Assembly (NCBI GenBank): GCA_944393755.1
Contig: CALYBF010000001.1
Location: 1 to 55,038, forward strand
Source of the DNA: an uncultured Clostridia bacterium
GTDB taxonomy: Bacteria > Bacillota > Clostridia > TANB77 > CAG-508
Reading direction: 5' to 3'
Length of the DNA stretch: 55,038 nucleotides
Every line of letters begins with the position of its first letter. Positions within the stretch are counted from its first letter, which is position 1. The notes under the pieces are model-generated. The model worked only from the letters and a program-made list of their open reading frames with translations. It did no database searches and was not told the origin of the DNA. Made by a program: the position numbers and the translations under genes. Of the stretch, positions 8,529-17,308 are shown piece after piece.

Positions 8529-8574
8529 AAAAAATCTTGTAACTTAGTATTTTAAATAGTTACAAGATTTTTTT
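8529..8574. terminator. bidirectional hairpin terminator (duplicated copy)
   Basis: AAAAAATCTTGTAAC-ttagtattttaaata-GTTACAAGATTTTTTT, identical to 9059..9104. Confidence 0.6.
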
Positions 8575-8717
8575 AATGGAGGCGACAGTCGTATAGACTA
8601 ATTCTCCTAACTAGCTTATATACTGACTTTTAAGCACTAATATATTTCATTTTAACACATTTGATTTTATTTTGAAAATTATTTGACTTTTTCTATAAAT
8701 CTGTGTATAATAATTAT

Positions 8718-8801
8718 AGGAAATGGAGAAACCACAAACGTGGTTCGCCAGTTTAGTATGTAAAAACACACCTGACTGGGCAAAGTTACAGATGTGTTTT
8801 T
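8718..8801 (+). ncRNA. candidate antitoxin sRNA (copy 3)
   Basis: TTGACT (8683..8688), 17 nt, TATAAT (8706..8711). The first ~55 nt are identical to copy 2. The terminator stem carries one C/A mismatch (ACACACCTG vs CAGATGTGT). Confidence 0.45.
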
Positions 8802-8806
8802 ATTGG

Positions 8807-8929
8807 TTATTTGCTCTTACAAAGTAATATTACAAGTGCTATTATTGAAGTAAGAGCTATGATAGTTACTCCTATTAAAGAATAATATAATATGTATATT
8901 GTTGCAATTAATGTTTGTATTTCTACCAT
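8807..8929 (-). CDS. 40-aa hydrophobic peptide, type I toxin-like (copy 3)
   Basis: ATG at 8929 with the same leader and SD as copy 2. It translates to MVEIQTLIATIYILYYSLIGVTIIALTSIIALVILLCKSK. It is absent from the ORF track, whose 8817..9020 ORF is in another frame. Confidence 0.5.
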   Translation of the reverse strand: MVEIQTLIATIYILYYSLIGVTIIALTSIIALVILLCKSK

Positions 8930-9058
8930 ATGCCTCACCTCCTTGTTGGAGGCAAACCACATCTGCTTTATTCTCATTTCCTATGTTTATAAGTATATAA
9001 TATTTTTTTAGAAAAAACAAGCGAATATGTAAAATTTTATTTATTGATATTATTTAAT

Positions 9059-9104
9059 AAAAAATCTTGTAACTTAGTATTTTAAATAGTTACAAGATTT
9101 TTTT
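9059..9104. terminator. bidirectional hairpin terminator downstream of tRNA-Cys
   Basis: Same 46-nt hairpin as 8529..8574, with T/A tracts on both sides. Confidence 0.65.
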
Positions 9105-9106
9105 GA

Positions 9107-9180
9107 TGGAGGCGAGTGTGGGAGTCGGACCCACCATCAGAGTTTTGCAGACTCGTGCCTTACCGCTTGGCTAACTCGCC
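9107..9180 (-). tRNA. tRNA-Cys (GCA)
   Basis: Minus sense is GGCGAGTTAGCCAAGCGGTAAGGCACGAGTCTGCAAAACTCTGATGGTGGGTCCGACTCCCACACTCGCCTCCA. Anticodon loop is CTGCAAA and the CCA is encoded. Confidence 0.9.
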
Positions 9181-9182
9181 AT

Positions 9183-9256
9183 TGGAGCAGGTAGTGGGAA
9201 TCGAACCCGCAACTAAACCTTGGCAAGGTTTTATTTTACCATTAAACTATACCTGC
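9183..9256 (-). tRNA. tRNA-Gly (GCC)
   Basis: Minus sense is GCAGGTATAGTTTAATGGTAAAATAAAACCTTGCCAAGGTTTAGTTGCGGGTTCGATTCCCACTACCTGCTCCA. It has a normal 7-nt anticodon loop TTGCCAA, discriminator U and an encoded CCA. Confidence 0.9.
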
Positions 9257-9326
9257 ATTTGCTTTCTTATATATATTATGCAAAGACATATTAAATGATA
9301 CCAAAAATACACCATAATGTCAAGTA

Positions 9327-11357
9327 TTATGGTGTATTTTTTTGTGGCTTTTTAATATCTTTTAATTGGCTTTCATCCCATTTTTCTCCTAGTTTTGGTT
9401 TATTCCAAGAAATATATTTACAAGACTTAGGGTTATTTTCACAAACATAAAACTTTCTACCTCTTTTAGATTTTTTAACTATTACCTTTCCACCACAACT
9501 TGGGCAAGGAACATCTATAGTTTCTACTATCGGTTTTGTGTTTTTACACTCTGGATAACCTGGACAAGCTAAAAACTTGCCATATCTACCATATTTATAA
9601 ACCATCATCCTTCCACATTTTTCACAAGGTATATCTGAAACTTCATCTTCTAATTCAACGTGTTCTAAATCTTTTTCTACCTTATCTAATTCTTTCTTAA
9701 ATGGTCCATAAAACTCTCTTATCATCTTTTTCCAAGGTTCTTTACCTTCTGCAATTTCGTCAAATTCATTTTCTATTTTTGCAGTAAATTCAACATTAAT
9801 TATATCTGTAAAATTATCAATTAAAAGTTTATTAACTACCTTTCCAAGTTCTGTTGGCACTAACTGTTTTTGTTCTTTTTCTATATAATGTCTTTCTAGA
9901 ATTGTTGTAATTGTTGGTGAATATGTACTAGGTCTTCCTATTCCCTTTTCTTCTAAAGCTTTAACCAAACTTGCTTCTGTATATCTTGGTGGTGGTTCTG
10001 TAAAGCTTTGTTTAGGGTTAATCTTAATTTTTTTAACTTCTTGATTTTCTTCTAGATCAGGAAGCATACCTTTTTCTTCTTCTTTATTTTCTTCACTTTC
10101 TACATATAATGTCATAAAACCTTTAAATTTTAGATTTTGACCATTGGCTTTAAATGTGTAATTATTAGCATCTATCGTAACAGACATAGTGTTGTAGATA
10201 GCAGAAGCCATTTGACTTGCCATAAATCTATTATAAATTAATTTATACAATTTATATTGGTCTTTTGTTAAAGAAGATTTGATACTATCTGGCTCTAAAT
10301 CTGCATATGTAGGTCTTATAGCTTCATGTGCATCTTGTGAATCTTTGCTTGTTTTATAATATCTATTTTCATAATATTCTTCACCATAAGTAGCAACAAT
10401 ATGCTCTTTAGCAGTTTTTCTTGCTTCTTCTGAAATTCTTGTTGAGTCTGTTCTCATATATGTAATTAAACCTACAGTTCCTTTTCCCTCTATTTTAATT
10501 CCTTCATATAACATTTGTGCGATTGACATGGTTTTCTTTAATGTAAAACCTAATTTTCTTGAAGCCTCTTGTTGCATTGTGCTTGTTGTAAAAGGTGGAG
10601 CTGCATTTCTTTTCTTCTCACCTTTTTTTACTTCTTTTACAATATATTTTGCTCTTTCAATATTTTTAAGTATTTCGTCTATCTCTTCTTTATTATGTAT
10701 TTCTTGTTTTTTGTTATCTTTTCCATAAAACTTTGCTTCAAATTGTTTTTTAGATTTTTCATCTTCTAAATCTACAAATAAATTCCAATATTCTTCTGGT
10801 ATGAATTTTTCAATTTCTTCTTCTCTATCTACTATTAATTTTACAGCAACTGATTGCACACGTCCTGCAGATAAACCTCTTCTTACTTTTTTCCACAAAA
10901 GTGGACTAATCTTATAACCTACAATTCTATCTAAAACTCTTCTTGCTTGCTGAGCATCAACCAAATTTATATCAATAGTTCTTGGTTCTTGAATTGCTTT
11001 TTTTACTGCACCTTTTGTTATCTCATTAAAAGTTACTCTTACTATCTTGTTCTTATCATCATTTAAAATATGTGCTAAATGCCAAGCTATAGCTTCTCCT
11101 TCACGGTCAGGGTCAGTTGCAAGATATATTTTTTTTGCTTTAGAAGCTTCCTTTTTTAAAGATTTAATCAAATCTCCCTTTCCTCTAATATTTATATATT
11201 CTGGTTCGAAATCATTTTCAATATCTACTCCTAATTTAGATTTTGGTAAATCTCTAATATGTCCCATAGATGCAACTACTTTTGTACTTCCACCTAAGAA
11301 CTTCTTAATAGTGTTGGCTTTAGCTGGTGATTCAACTATTATTAATTTATCAGCCAT
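9327..11357 (-). CDS. topA: DNA topoisomerase I (type IA) with C-terminal Zn-ribbon repeats
   Basis: TOPRIM start MADKLIIVESPAKA, DPDREGEAIAWH, the active-site region GLITYMRTDS, and C-terminal CxxC...CxxC fingers. Confidence 0.95.
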   Translation of the reverse strand: MADKLIIVESPAKANTIKKFLGGSTKVVASMGHIRDLPKSKLGVDIENDFEPEYINIRGKGDLIKSLKKEASKAKKIYLATDPDREGEAIAWHLAHILNDDKNKIVRVTFNEITKGAVKKAIQEPRTIDINLVDAQQARRVLDRIVGYKISPLLWKKVRRGLSAGRVQSVAVKLIVDREEEIEKFIPEEYWNLFVDLEDEKSKKQFEAKFYGKDNKKQEIHNKEEIDEILKNIERAKYIVKEVKKGEKKRNAAPPFTTSTMQQEASRKLGFTLKKTMSIAQMLYEGIKIEGKGTVGLITYMRTDSTRISEEARKTAKEHIVATYGEEYYENRYYKTSKDSQDAHEAIRPTYADLEPDSIKSSLTKDQYKLYKLIYNRFMASQMASAIYNTMSVTIDANNYTFKANGQNLKFKGFMTLYVESEENKEEEKGMLPDLEENQEVKKIKINPKQSFTEPPPRYTEASLVKALEEKGIGRPSTYSPTITTILERHYIEKEQKQLVPTELGKVVNKLLIDNFTDIINVEFTAKIENEFDEIAEGKEPWKKMIREFYGPFKKELDKVEKDLEHVELEDEVSDIPCEKCGRMMVYKYGRYGKFLACPGYPECKNTKPIVETIDVPCPSCGGKVIVKKSKRGRKFYVCENNPKSCKYISWNKPKLGEKWDESQLKDIKKPQKNTP

Positions 11358-11448
11358 ATGTGCCTCCTTATCTTCCCTTTTTACTTCATATGCTATTTTA
11401 ACTTAATTTTTAGCTTTTTGCAAGTTTTTTATTAGAATTTTTGTTTTG

Positions 11449-11778
11449 TTATACAGATAATGTACTTTTAGAAATATCTGAAATAACGTCTTTAGTAGTA
11501 ATTGGTGTTACTTCATTTTCTTTTAAAATATTTAAAATCTCCTCTATTTTTTGTTCATTACTTGATAAATATTTTATAGTTTCATCTTCTATTTTTGTAT
11601 CATTTTCTATATATTCTGTTTTAACGACCTTTATTCCATATTTTTCTTTTTCCTTCTTTAACATCTCATCTTCATTAATTATTTTGTAATATTCTAATTT
11701 TATAGGATAGTCTATCCCCGCTTTTTTTAATTCTTCTTTTTTAATAAAAGTTCCTCCATAAAAAATATTCAAAATCAT
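11449..11778 (-). CDS. hypothetical acidic protein
   Basis: 109-aa ORF with a GAGGAGGG RBS. Promoter TTGCAA (11833..11828), 17 nt, TATTAT (11810..11805). No family recognised. Confidence 0.5.
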   Translation of the reverse strand: MILNIFYGGTFIKKEELKKAGIDYPIKLEYYKIINEDEMLKKEKEKYGIKVVKTEYIENDTKIEDETIKYLSSNEQKIEEILNILKENEVTPITTKDVISDISKSTLSV

Positions 11779-11997
11779 CCCTCCTCTTTCGTATCACGTT
11801 TCTAATAATACCATTTTTTTCCAACTGTTGCAAGAACTTTTCATCGCGGGTTTCTACAGGTTTCGACAAACTTTGCATATTTTATGTGTTATAATATAAT
11901 TAATTACAAATTAGTTCTATTTTATTTTTATTTATCAAAAAAAACTTTATTAATCAAAAATAGTAGTAATTTCTAGATTACTACTACTTTCTTTTGT

Positions 11998-12900
11998 TTA
12001 ACTTTCGTTTTTTTCTACGATATTATTATCTCTTAATGTATTATATAATTCAGTCTCAGTTGAGGCTTTATATATATTTACATATAAAATATTTAATAGT
12101 CCAAAGGTGAAAATAGATAATATATACCACAAAATAAATGATATATCTAATAAAAACGCTTTCCATTTATTACCTTTCATCATCTTTTTTGATAATTCAA
12201 AAGCTTCTTTTTTATTAATTCCTGGGTCATTTGCTAAAATAAAAGGTATCATTCTATATTCATAAAATTTAACTATTCCACCTATAATTGTTAAAAACCA
12301 TAGTAAGTTATATAGATTTTTTAAAAACATAACATAAGTAACATTTTTCCAGTTGCCTTTTTTAAAAATTTCTTTCATAACTCCCATTTTAGTGTTTTTC
12401 TCTCTACTTGCAAGAATAAAATATTTTCTTCCTGCAACTCTTAGAGGCTCTGCAATTAAAATTATATAAATTAAAGCTATAATAGAAATTAGTATTAAAC
12501 CAATGCCTAAACCGATTTCGTTTATTCCAAAAGATTTAATTGCATCCCAAATTCTAAATATATATTTTTCTGATTTAAATAAATTATTTATATTAGCTTT
12601 TATTGTCTCCATTATTACTATTTGTAATTGGTTGAAACTAGACTTCTTTTCTTGAAACTCTTCTTCTTTTTCTTTTATTTCATTTAATTCCTCTTTTGCT
12701 TTTTCATTATTAGAAACTATATTTTCTTGTTTTACAATATAATTTGGATCAACACTATCTTCTCCTTGCCATATTAAAACAATTGAAGTTCCAAATTCAC
12801 TTGTAAAAAGTGCAAGTAAGAAACATACAATTAAAGCTGTCCAATAATTACTTTTAACAACTTTCCTTGCTTTAATTTTTAAGTCTTTTCTTTTCCACAT
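11998..12900 (-). CDS. DUF975-family integral membrane protein
   Basis: The N-terminal MWKRKDLKIKARKVVKSNYWTALIVCFLL pattern and TM topology are typical of DUF975. Confidence 0.65.
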   Translation of the reverse strand: MWKRKDLKIKARKVVKSNYWTALIVCFLLALFTSEFGTSIVLIWQGEDSVDPNYIVKQENIVSNNEKAKEELNEIKEKEEEFQEKKSSFNQLQIVIMETIKANINNLFKSEKYIFRIWDAIKSFGINEIGLGIGLILISIIALIYIILIAEPLRVAGRKYFILASREKNTKMGVMKEIFKKGNWKNVTYVMFLKNLYNLLWFLTIIGGIVKFYEYRMIPFILANDPGINKKEAFELSKKMMKGNKWKAFLLDISFILWYILSIFTFGLLNILYVNIYKASTETELYNTLRDNNIVEKNES

Positions 12901-12950
12901 ATACTTTCTCCTTGGATAAATTTACCTTTATTATAGACTATCTCTTATAC

Positions 12951-13481
12951 TTAAGCAAGTAATTTTTTGTATTCTTTATATTTTGGCATATTTTTTTCTA
13001 CTAAATTCCAGAAACTTTTAGAGTGGTTCATATATATTAAATGGCACATTTCGTGTAAAACAACATATTTAATTGCATTTTCATCTTTTGTTGCAAGTTT
13101 AAGGTTTATTGAAATATTTTTATTACTAGAACAACTTCCCCACGCATATTTTAATTCTTTTATTCTTACTTTTTTTGGACTAACATTTAAAATTTTGCTA
13201 TATTTATCTATATTTTCTTTAACTATTTTTGCTAATCTATCTACATCAGTTTTTTCTATTTTCTCTTCCTTCTCTTTTTTTACCCTTTCACAACTTTTAC
13301 TTAAACCATTATATATCCATTTAGATTTTTTATTTACAAATTCTTGTATTTTCTCATTTGAAAGTTTATGTGGTGCTTTTATTATTACTTCTCCATTTTT
13401 TATATAAATATATAGATTTTTAATTCTAGATCTTTCCAACGTATAAGGTATTTCTTTTCCTTCATATTGTATTTTTATCAT
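12951..13481 (-). CDS. YgjP-like metal-dependent hydrolase (DUF45 / M48-related)
   Basis: HEMCHLIYMNHSKSFW zinc-binding motif (HExxH) near the C-terminus. Confidence 0.75.
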   Translation of the reverse strand: MIKIQYEGKEIPYTLERSRIKNLYIYIKNGEVIIKAPHKLSNEKIQEFVNKKSKWIYNGLSKSCERVKKEKEEKIEKTDVDRLAKIVKENIDKYSKILNVSPKKVRIKELKYAWGSCSSNKNISINLKLATKDENAIKYVVLHEMCHLIYMNHSKSFWNLVEKNMPKYKEYKKLLA

Positions 13482-13490
13482 AATTAACCT

Positions 13491-14708
13491 CTATTTTTTA
13501 ATATCTTTTAATTTTAAATAATCTCCTGCGTTCATTTTCCCTGCTCTTGTTATTTTATTATATCCATACTTATTTTTCAAGTTATCTATTACTTTATCCA
13601 ATTTTTCTTGTTTTTCATTACTTTTATTTTCAAATAAAGATATTTGCATATCTTCTTTTTCTATTAAATTATCTACTCTTACACCAACTAACCTTATCGC
13701 CATTGGTTTATGAAACATTTCATTTAATAATTCTTTTGCTATTTTTGATATTTCTTTTGTTGATGATGTTGGCTCTGGTAATTTTTTTTGGTGTGATGTG
13801 TCTTCAAAATCTTTTGTTCTTAATTGTACATTTACTGTTTTTGCAAGTAAATCATATTTTCTTAGTCTAAAAGACACTTGTTCTGATAGTGCTAAAACTA
13901 TTTCTTCCAATTTTTCTAATTCTGTTATATTTTCTGGAAGTGTAATTGAATTTCCAACTCCTTTTGGTTTTTCTTGTTTATAATGTACTTCTGAATCATC
14001 TATTCCATTTGCATATTCCCACATCATAATTCCGTGTTTTCCAAATTTTTTATGAAGCATCTCTTTATTTGCTTTTGCTAGGTCTCCTATTGTTCTAATT
14101 TGCATATTAAGTAGTTTTGGAACTGTTTTTTTACCAAGCATAAATAATTCAGATATAGGAAGTGTCCACATTTTCTTTTCTATTTCGTTTTCAAATAAAG
14201 TATGTACTTTATCTGGTTTTGTAAAGTCAGATGCCATTTTTGCAAGTAACTTATTGTGTGCGACTCCTACATTTACAGTAAAACCTAATTCTTCTTTTAC
14301 TCTTCTATTTATTTCATATGCTTTATTTAGCAAAGTATCTTTCATTAAATATTCTGTCATATCTAAAAAACACTCATCTATACTAAATCTTTCTATTTTA
14401 TCTGTGTACTCTGAAAGCAATTTAAATAGACTATCTGAATATTTTCTATAAATACTAAAATTTGATGGAAATATTTTTATTCCTGGGCATTTCAGTTTTG
14501 CTTGGTATATTGTATCTGCTGTTCTTACTCCGCACTCTTTTGCTTTATTACTTTTTGCTAAAACTATTCCTGACCTTTTTGTTTCATCTCCACCTATTAT
14601 TGCAGGTATTTCTCTTATATCAACACTTGCTCCATTTTTAAGCATTTCTACTGCTGTCCAACTTAGGAAAGCATTGTTAACATCTACGTGTAATATTTGT
14701 TTTTCCAT
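13491..14708 (-). CDS. dinB: DNA polymerase IV (Y-family)
   Basis: ILHVDVNNAFLSW start, SIDECFLD catalytic motif and little-finger domain. An SOS-type promoter lies upstream. Confidence 0.9.
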   Translation of the reverse strand: MEKQILHVDVNNAFLSWTAVEMLKNGASVDIREIPAIIGGDETKRSGIVLAKSNKAKECGVRTADTIYQAKLKCPGIKIFPSNFSIYRKYSDSLFKLLSEYTDKIERFSIDECFLDMTEYLMKDTLLNKAYEINRRVKEELGFTVNVGVAHNKLLAKMASDFTKPDKVHTLFENEIEKKMWTLPISELFMLGKKTVPKLLNMQIRTIGDLAKANKEMLHKKFGKHGIMMWEYANGIDDSEVHYKQEKPKGVGNSITLPENITELEKLEEIVLALSEQVSFRLRKYDLLAKTVNVQLRTKDFEDTSHQKKLPEPTSSTKEISKIAKELLNEMFHKPMAIRLVGVRVDNLIEKEDMQISLFENKSNEKQEKLDKVIDNLKNKYGYNKITRAGKMNAGDYLKLKDIKK

Positions 14709-14723
14709 ATCATCACCAGTTTT

Positions 14724-14752
14724 ATTATAGAATTTTTGTTCGTATTTGTCAA
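14724..14752 (-). promoter_or_regulatory. dinB promoter with embedded LexA (Cheo-type) box
   Basis: Minus sense is TTGACA (14752..14747), 17-nt spacer, TATAAT (14729..14724). The spacer holds CGAACAAAAATTC (14742..14730), which matches CGAAC-N4-GTTC(G) with one perfect half-site. Confidence 0.6.
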
Positions 14753-14816
14753 TAAATTTTATTAAATATTTGATAATTTTAGAAAAAAATAGTAAAATAC
14801 ATATAGGTGATTAATA

Positions 14817-15323
14817 ATGGTAAAAGATAATTTAATTAGTATTTTGCATGAAGTCCAGGATATAACGAAATTTTTTAAATTAGAACCGTTTGATATTTAT
14901 ATTTTAGGCGGTAGTGCTTGTATACTCGGTGAATATACTTCAAGAGCAACTTTAGATGTTGATTTTGTGGATTTAGGTTATCCAGCAAAATATGGAAAAG
15001 TATTTTTACTTCTTAGAGACTATGATATGTTAGATTATCAAAGTACAATACTTTCTCCAAATTATAAAGAAAGAGCTTTAAAATTAGATGAATTTGATTT
15101 TTTAAATATCTATATCCTTTCTAAAGAAGATGTTGCTATAAGTAAAATAATTAGACTGGAGCAAAAAGATATTGATGATTTAGACGAAATAATTCCAAAA
15201 TGTAATAAACAATTATTAAACAAAATAATTGATGAAGTACTAAAAAGAAATGATTTATTTGAAAGTAAGAAAAAAGAATTTATTCGCAAATTAAAAATTT
15301 TTAGGGAGAAATATAATGTATAG
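14817..15323 (+). CDS. minimal nucleotidyltransferase-fold protein (DUF6036-like)
   Basis: ILGGSACILG...TLDVDFVD matches the GS...DxD pol-beta nucleotidyltransferase pattern. Promoter TTGATA-17-TAAAAT and an AGGTGA RBS lie upstream. Confidence 0.55.
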   Translation: MVKDNLISILHEVQDITKFFKLEPFDIYILGGSACILGEYTSRATLDVDFVDLGYPAKYGKVFLLLRDYDMLDYQSTILSPNYKERALKLDEFDFLNIYILSKEDVAISKIIRLEQKDIDDLDEIIPKCNKQLLNKIIDEVLKRNDLFESKKKEFIRKLKIFREKYNV

Positions 15324-15651
15324 AATTTTTTGTGAAAGTTATAATAATTTTTTAAAAACTATAGATGGAGATTGTTATAGAAAAAAAATGTCAGAACCTA
15401 TTGGACTTTTAACTAATATAGATAAATATAATAGAGAAAAAGAAAAAAATACTACTTTATATAAAAAGGCTTCTTGTTTACTTTATTTTATGTATCAGAA
15501 CATAAAAAAATATCCACGTTTTAAAGCATTTTTGTGGACTTTAGAAGCCCGTGATATTGATGAAAAAAATTATAATATTTCAAAGAAAGAAGACTTAGAA
15601 GAACAATTAAAATTAATTAATTCTTTTCTAAAACTTTCTTACTGGTATTAA
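15316..15651 (+). CDS. hypothetical protein, translationally coupled to the nucleotidyltransferase gene
   Basis: The ATG overlaps the upstream stop by 8 nt. A terminator hairpin (15731..15754) follows. No family recognised. Confidence 0.5.
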   Translation: MYRIFCESYNNFLKTIDGDCYRKKMSEPIGLLTNIDKYNREKEKNTTLYKKASCLLYFMYQNIKKYPRFKAFLWTLEARDIDEKNYNISKKEDLEEQLKLINSFLKLSYWY

Positions 15652-15752
15652 TAAAACTAATTTTTAGCTTTTTATTTTAACTTGACAAAGTATAGAATAA
15701 AATTGTTGTTATTTGATTTATAGAAATAATAAAAGTCGGAATTTCCCGACTT

Positions 15753-16316
15753 TTATATATTTTTATTTTTAATAAAACTTTCTTTAAATTCAGATTTTAG
15801 AATATCCATACTTATTTTATCATAGTAGTTACCATTTAAATATATACATTTTCTTCTCCTACCATATTCTTTAAAACCAACTTTTCCATAACATTTTATT
15901 GCTCTTTTATTAAATTCCATAACATCTAAATTTATTTCATTTAAATTTAAATAATTAAAACCAAAATCTAATAATAATTTTATCGTCTCTTTTCCATATC
16001 CTTTATTTCTTTCTTCTTCATCTCCTATAAATATACCAAGCGTTGCTGTTCTATTTATATAATCTACATTTTTTAGTCCACAATTTCCTATTAATTTATC
16101 TTCTTTTAAAGTTACAATCCCTAAATTTACATCTTTGCTTTCTTCTGTAAATTTTTCTAAAAATTTCTTTTCTTTTTCAATACTATATATTTTTGTACTT
16201 TGAGCAATATAATCTGTTGTTTCAAAATCATTTAGCCAATTTGTATAGTTTTCCACATCTTCTACACTAATTGGTGATAAATATATATTTTCTCCTATTA
16301 ATTTTTTAAAATACAT
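15753..16316 (-). CDS. GNAT-family N-acetyltransferase (RimJ/RimL-like)
   Basis: The IFIGDEEERNKGYGKETIKLLLDFGF motif A region is typical of GNAT. Confidence 0.8.
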   Translation of the reverse strand: MYFKKLIGENIYLSPISVEDVENYTNWLNDFETTDYIAQSTKIYSIEKEKKFLEKFTEESKDVNLGIVTLKEDKLIGNCGLKNVDYINRTATLGIFIGDEEERNKGYGKETIKLLLDFGFNYLNLNEINLDVMEFNKRAIKCYGKVGFKEYGRRRKCIYLNGNYYDKISMDILKSEFKESFIKNKNI

Positions 16317-16328
16317 AACAATTCCTCC

Positions 16329-16809
16329 TTATACTTTCATTTCCATTGTTAATTTTTGTACTTTCATACCCATTTTTTCATAAAACTTAATTGCATTTTT
16401 ATTAAAACTCCAACAAGTAAGTTCTATCCTATTACAATTTTCTTTTTTGGCTTTTTTCTTTATTTCATTAATTAAAATTCTTCCATATCCATTTCTTCTA
16501 AATTTTTTATCTACTCCTATTTTTTCTACAATAAGAATTTTACTATTTTTAAGATTTATATGATTTTCTATATTTTTAATAGAAACAATAGGATAAACCT
16601 CTTACTTTGTCATTTTTGTCTATTGTTGCAATCATTTCTTTTTCATTACTACCTAAAATATTCAAAAACTCTTCTTTTGCTATTTTTAACTTTTCTTTTT
16701 TAAAAATATCTTTTCTTCCCTTTATATGTAATTTTTGCATATCAAGTAATATTTTTATTACTTCTTTTTCATCTTCTTTTTTCACATTTCTAATTTCCAA
16801 TTTTATCAT
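16329..16809 (-). pseudogene. GNAT-family acetyltransferase, frameshifted
   Basis: The N-terminal 77-aa ORF (16576..16809) stops. The remainder (VYPIVSIKNIENH...VDKKFRRNGYGRILINEIKKKA...AIKFYEKMGMKV) continues in another frame to the stop at 16331..16329. The shift lies in or near the GGTTTA run at ~16585. No CGG is involved. Confidence 0.7.
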
Positions 16810-16812
16810 CTC

Positions 16813-17304
16813 CTATAATTTATATTTATAACTTACTTCATCATACTCTTTATCACCTATTCTAAATTTTCTTTCTTTATATAAAAACCCCCCCTGTTTT
16901 TCATAGAAATTTCTTCCTGCTCTATTTTCTTTTAAGCACCAAATAATCATTTCTTTATATCCTCTTTCTTTTAATATCTCTTTTGCTTTTTCTACTAGCT
17001 TTTCACCTATTCCACATCTTCTAAATTCATTTTTAATATATAAAGCAATTATTTCTCCTATATTTTCTCCTTCTCTATTTTTTCCGAACCTACAATAACC
17101 TTTTATAATATTATCTTCCACATACACAATTGATTTTTCTTTCTTATATTTTTCTCTTATCATTTTTTCTCTATCTTTATAATTTAGATTTTTTAAATAA
17201 TCTATATCAACTATTCCTTTATATGCTATTTTCCAATCTTCATCAATTATTTTTGCAATTTGCTTAATATCTTCTTTTTCATAATATCTAATCATAAACA
17301 TCAC
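16813..17304 (-). CDS. GNAT-family N-acetyltransferase
   Basis: ALYIKNEFRRCGIGEKLVEKAKEILKERG motif A, 163 aa. Confidence 0.8.
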   Translation of the reverse strand: MMFMIRYYEKEDIKQIAKIIDEDWKIAYKGIVDIDYLKNLNYKDREKMIREKYKKEKSIVYVEDNIIKGYCRFGKNREGENIGEIIALYIKNEFRRCGIGEKLVEKAKEILKERGYKEMIIWCLKENRAGRNFYEKQGGFLYKERKFRIGDKEYDEVSYKYKL

Positions 17305-17308
17305 ACCT

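Noticed and set aside
8189-9298. ORF-track entries 8189..8470(+), 8817..9020(-) and 9116..9298(+) as protein genes.
   Set aside because: They have no RBS. They run across promoters, terminators, the sRNA candidates or the two tRNA genes. The real coding potential here is the short SD-preceded peptide ORFs (8281..8400, 8807..8929).
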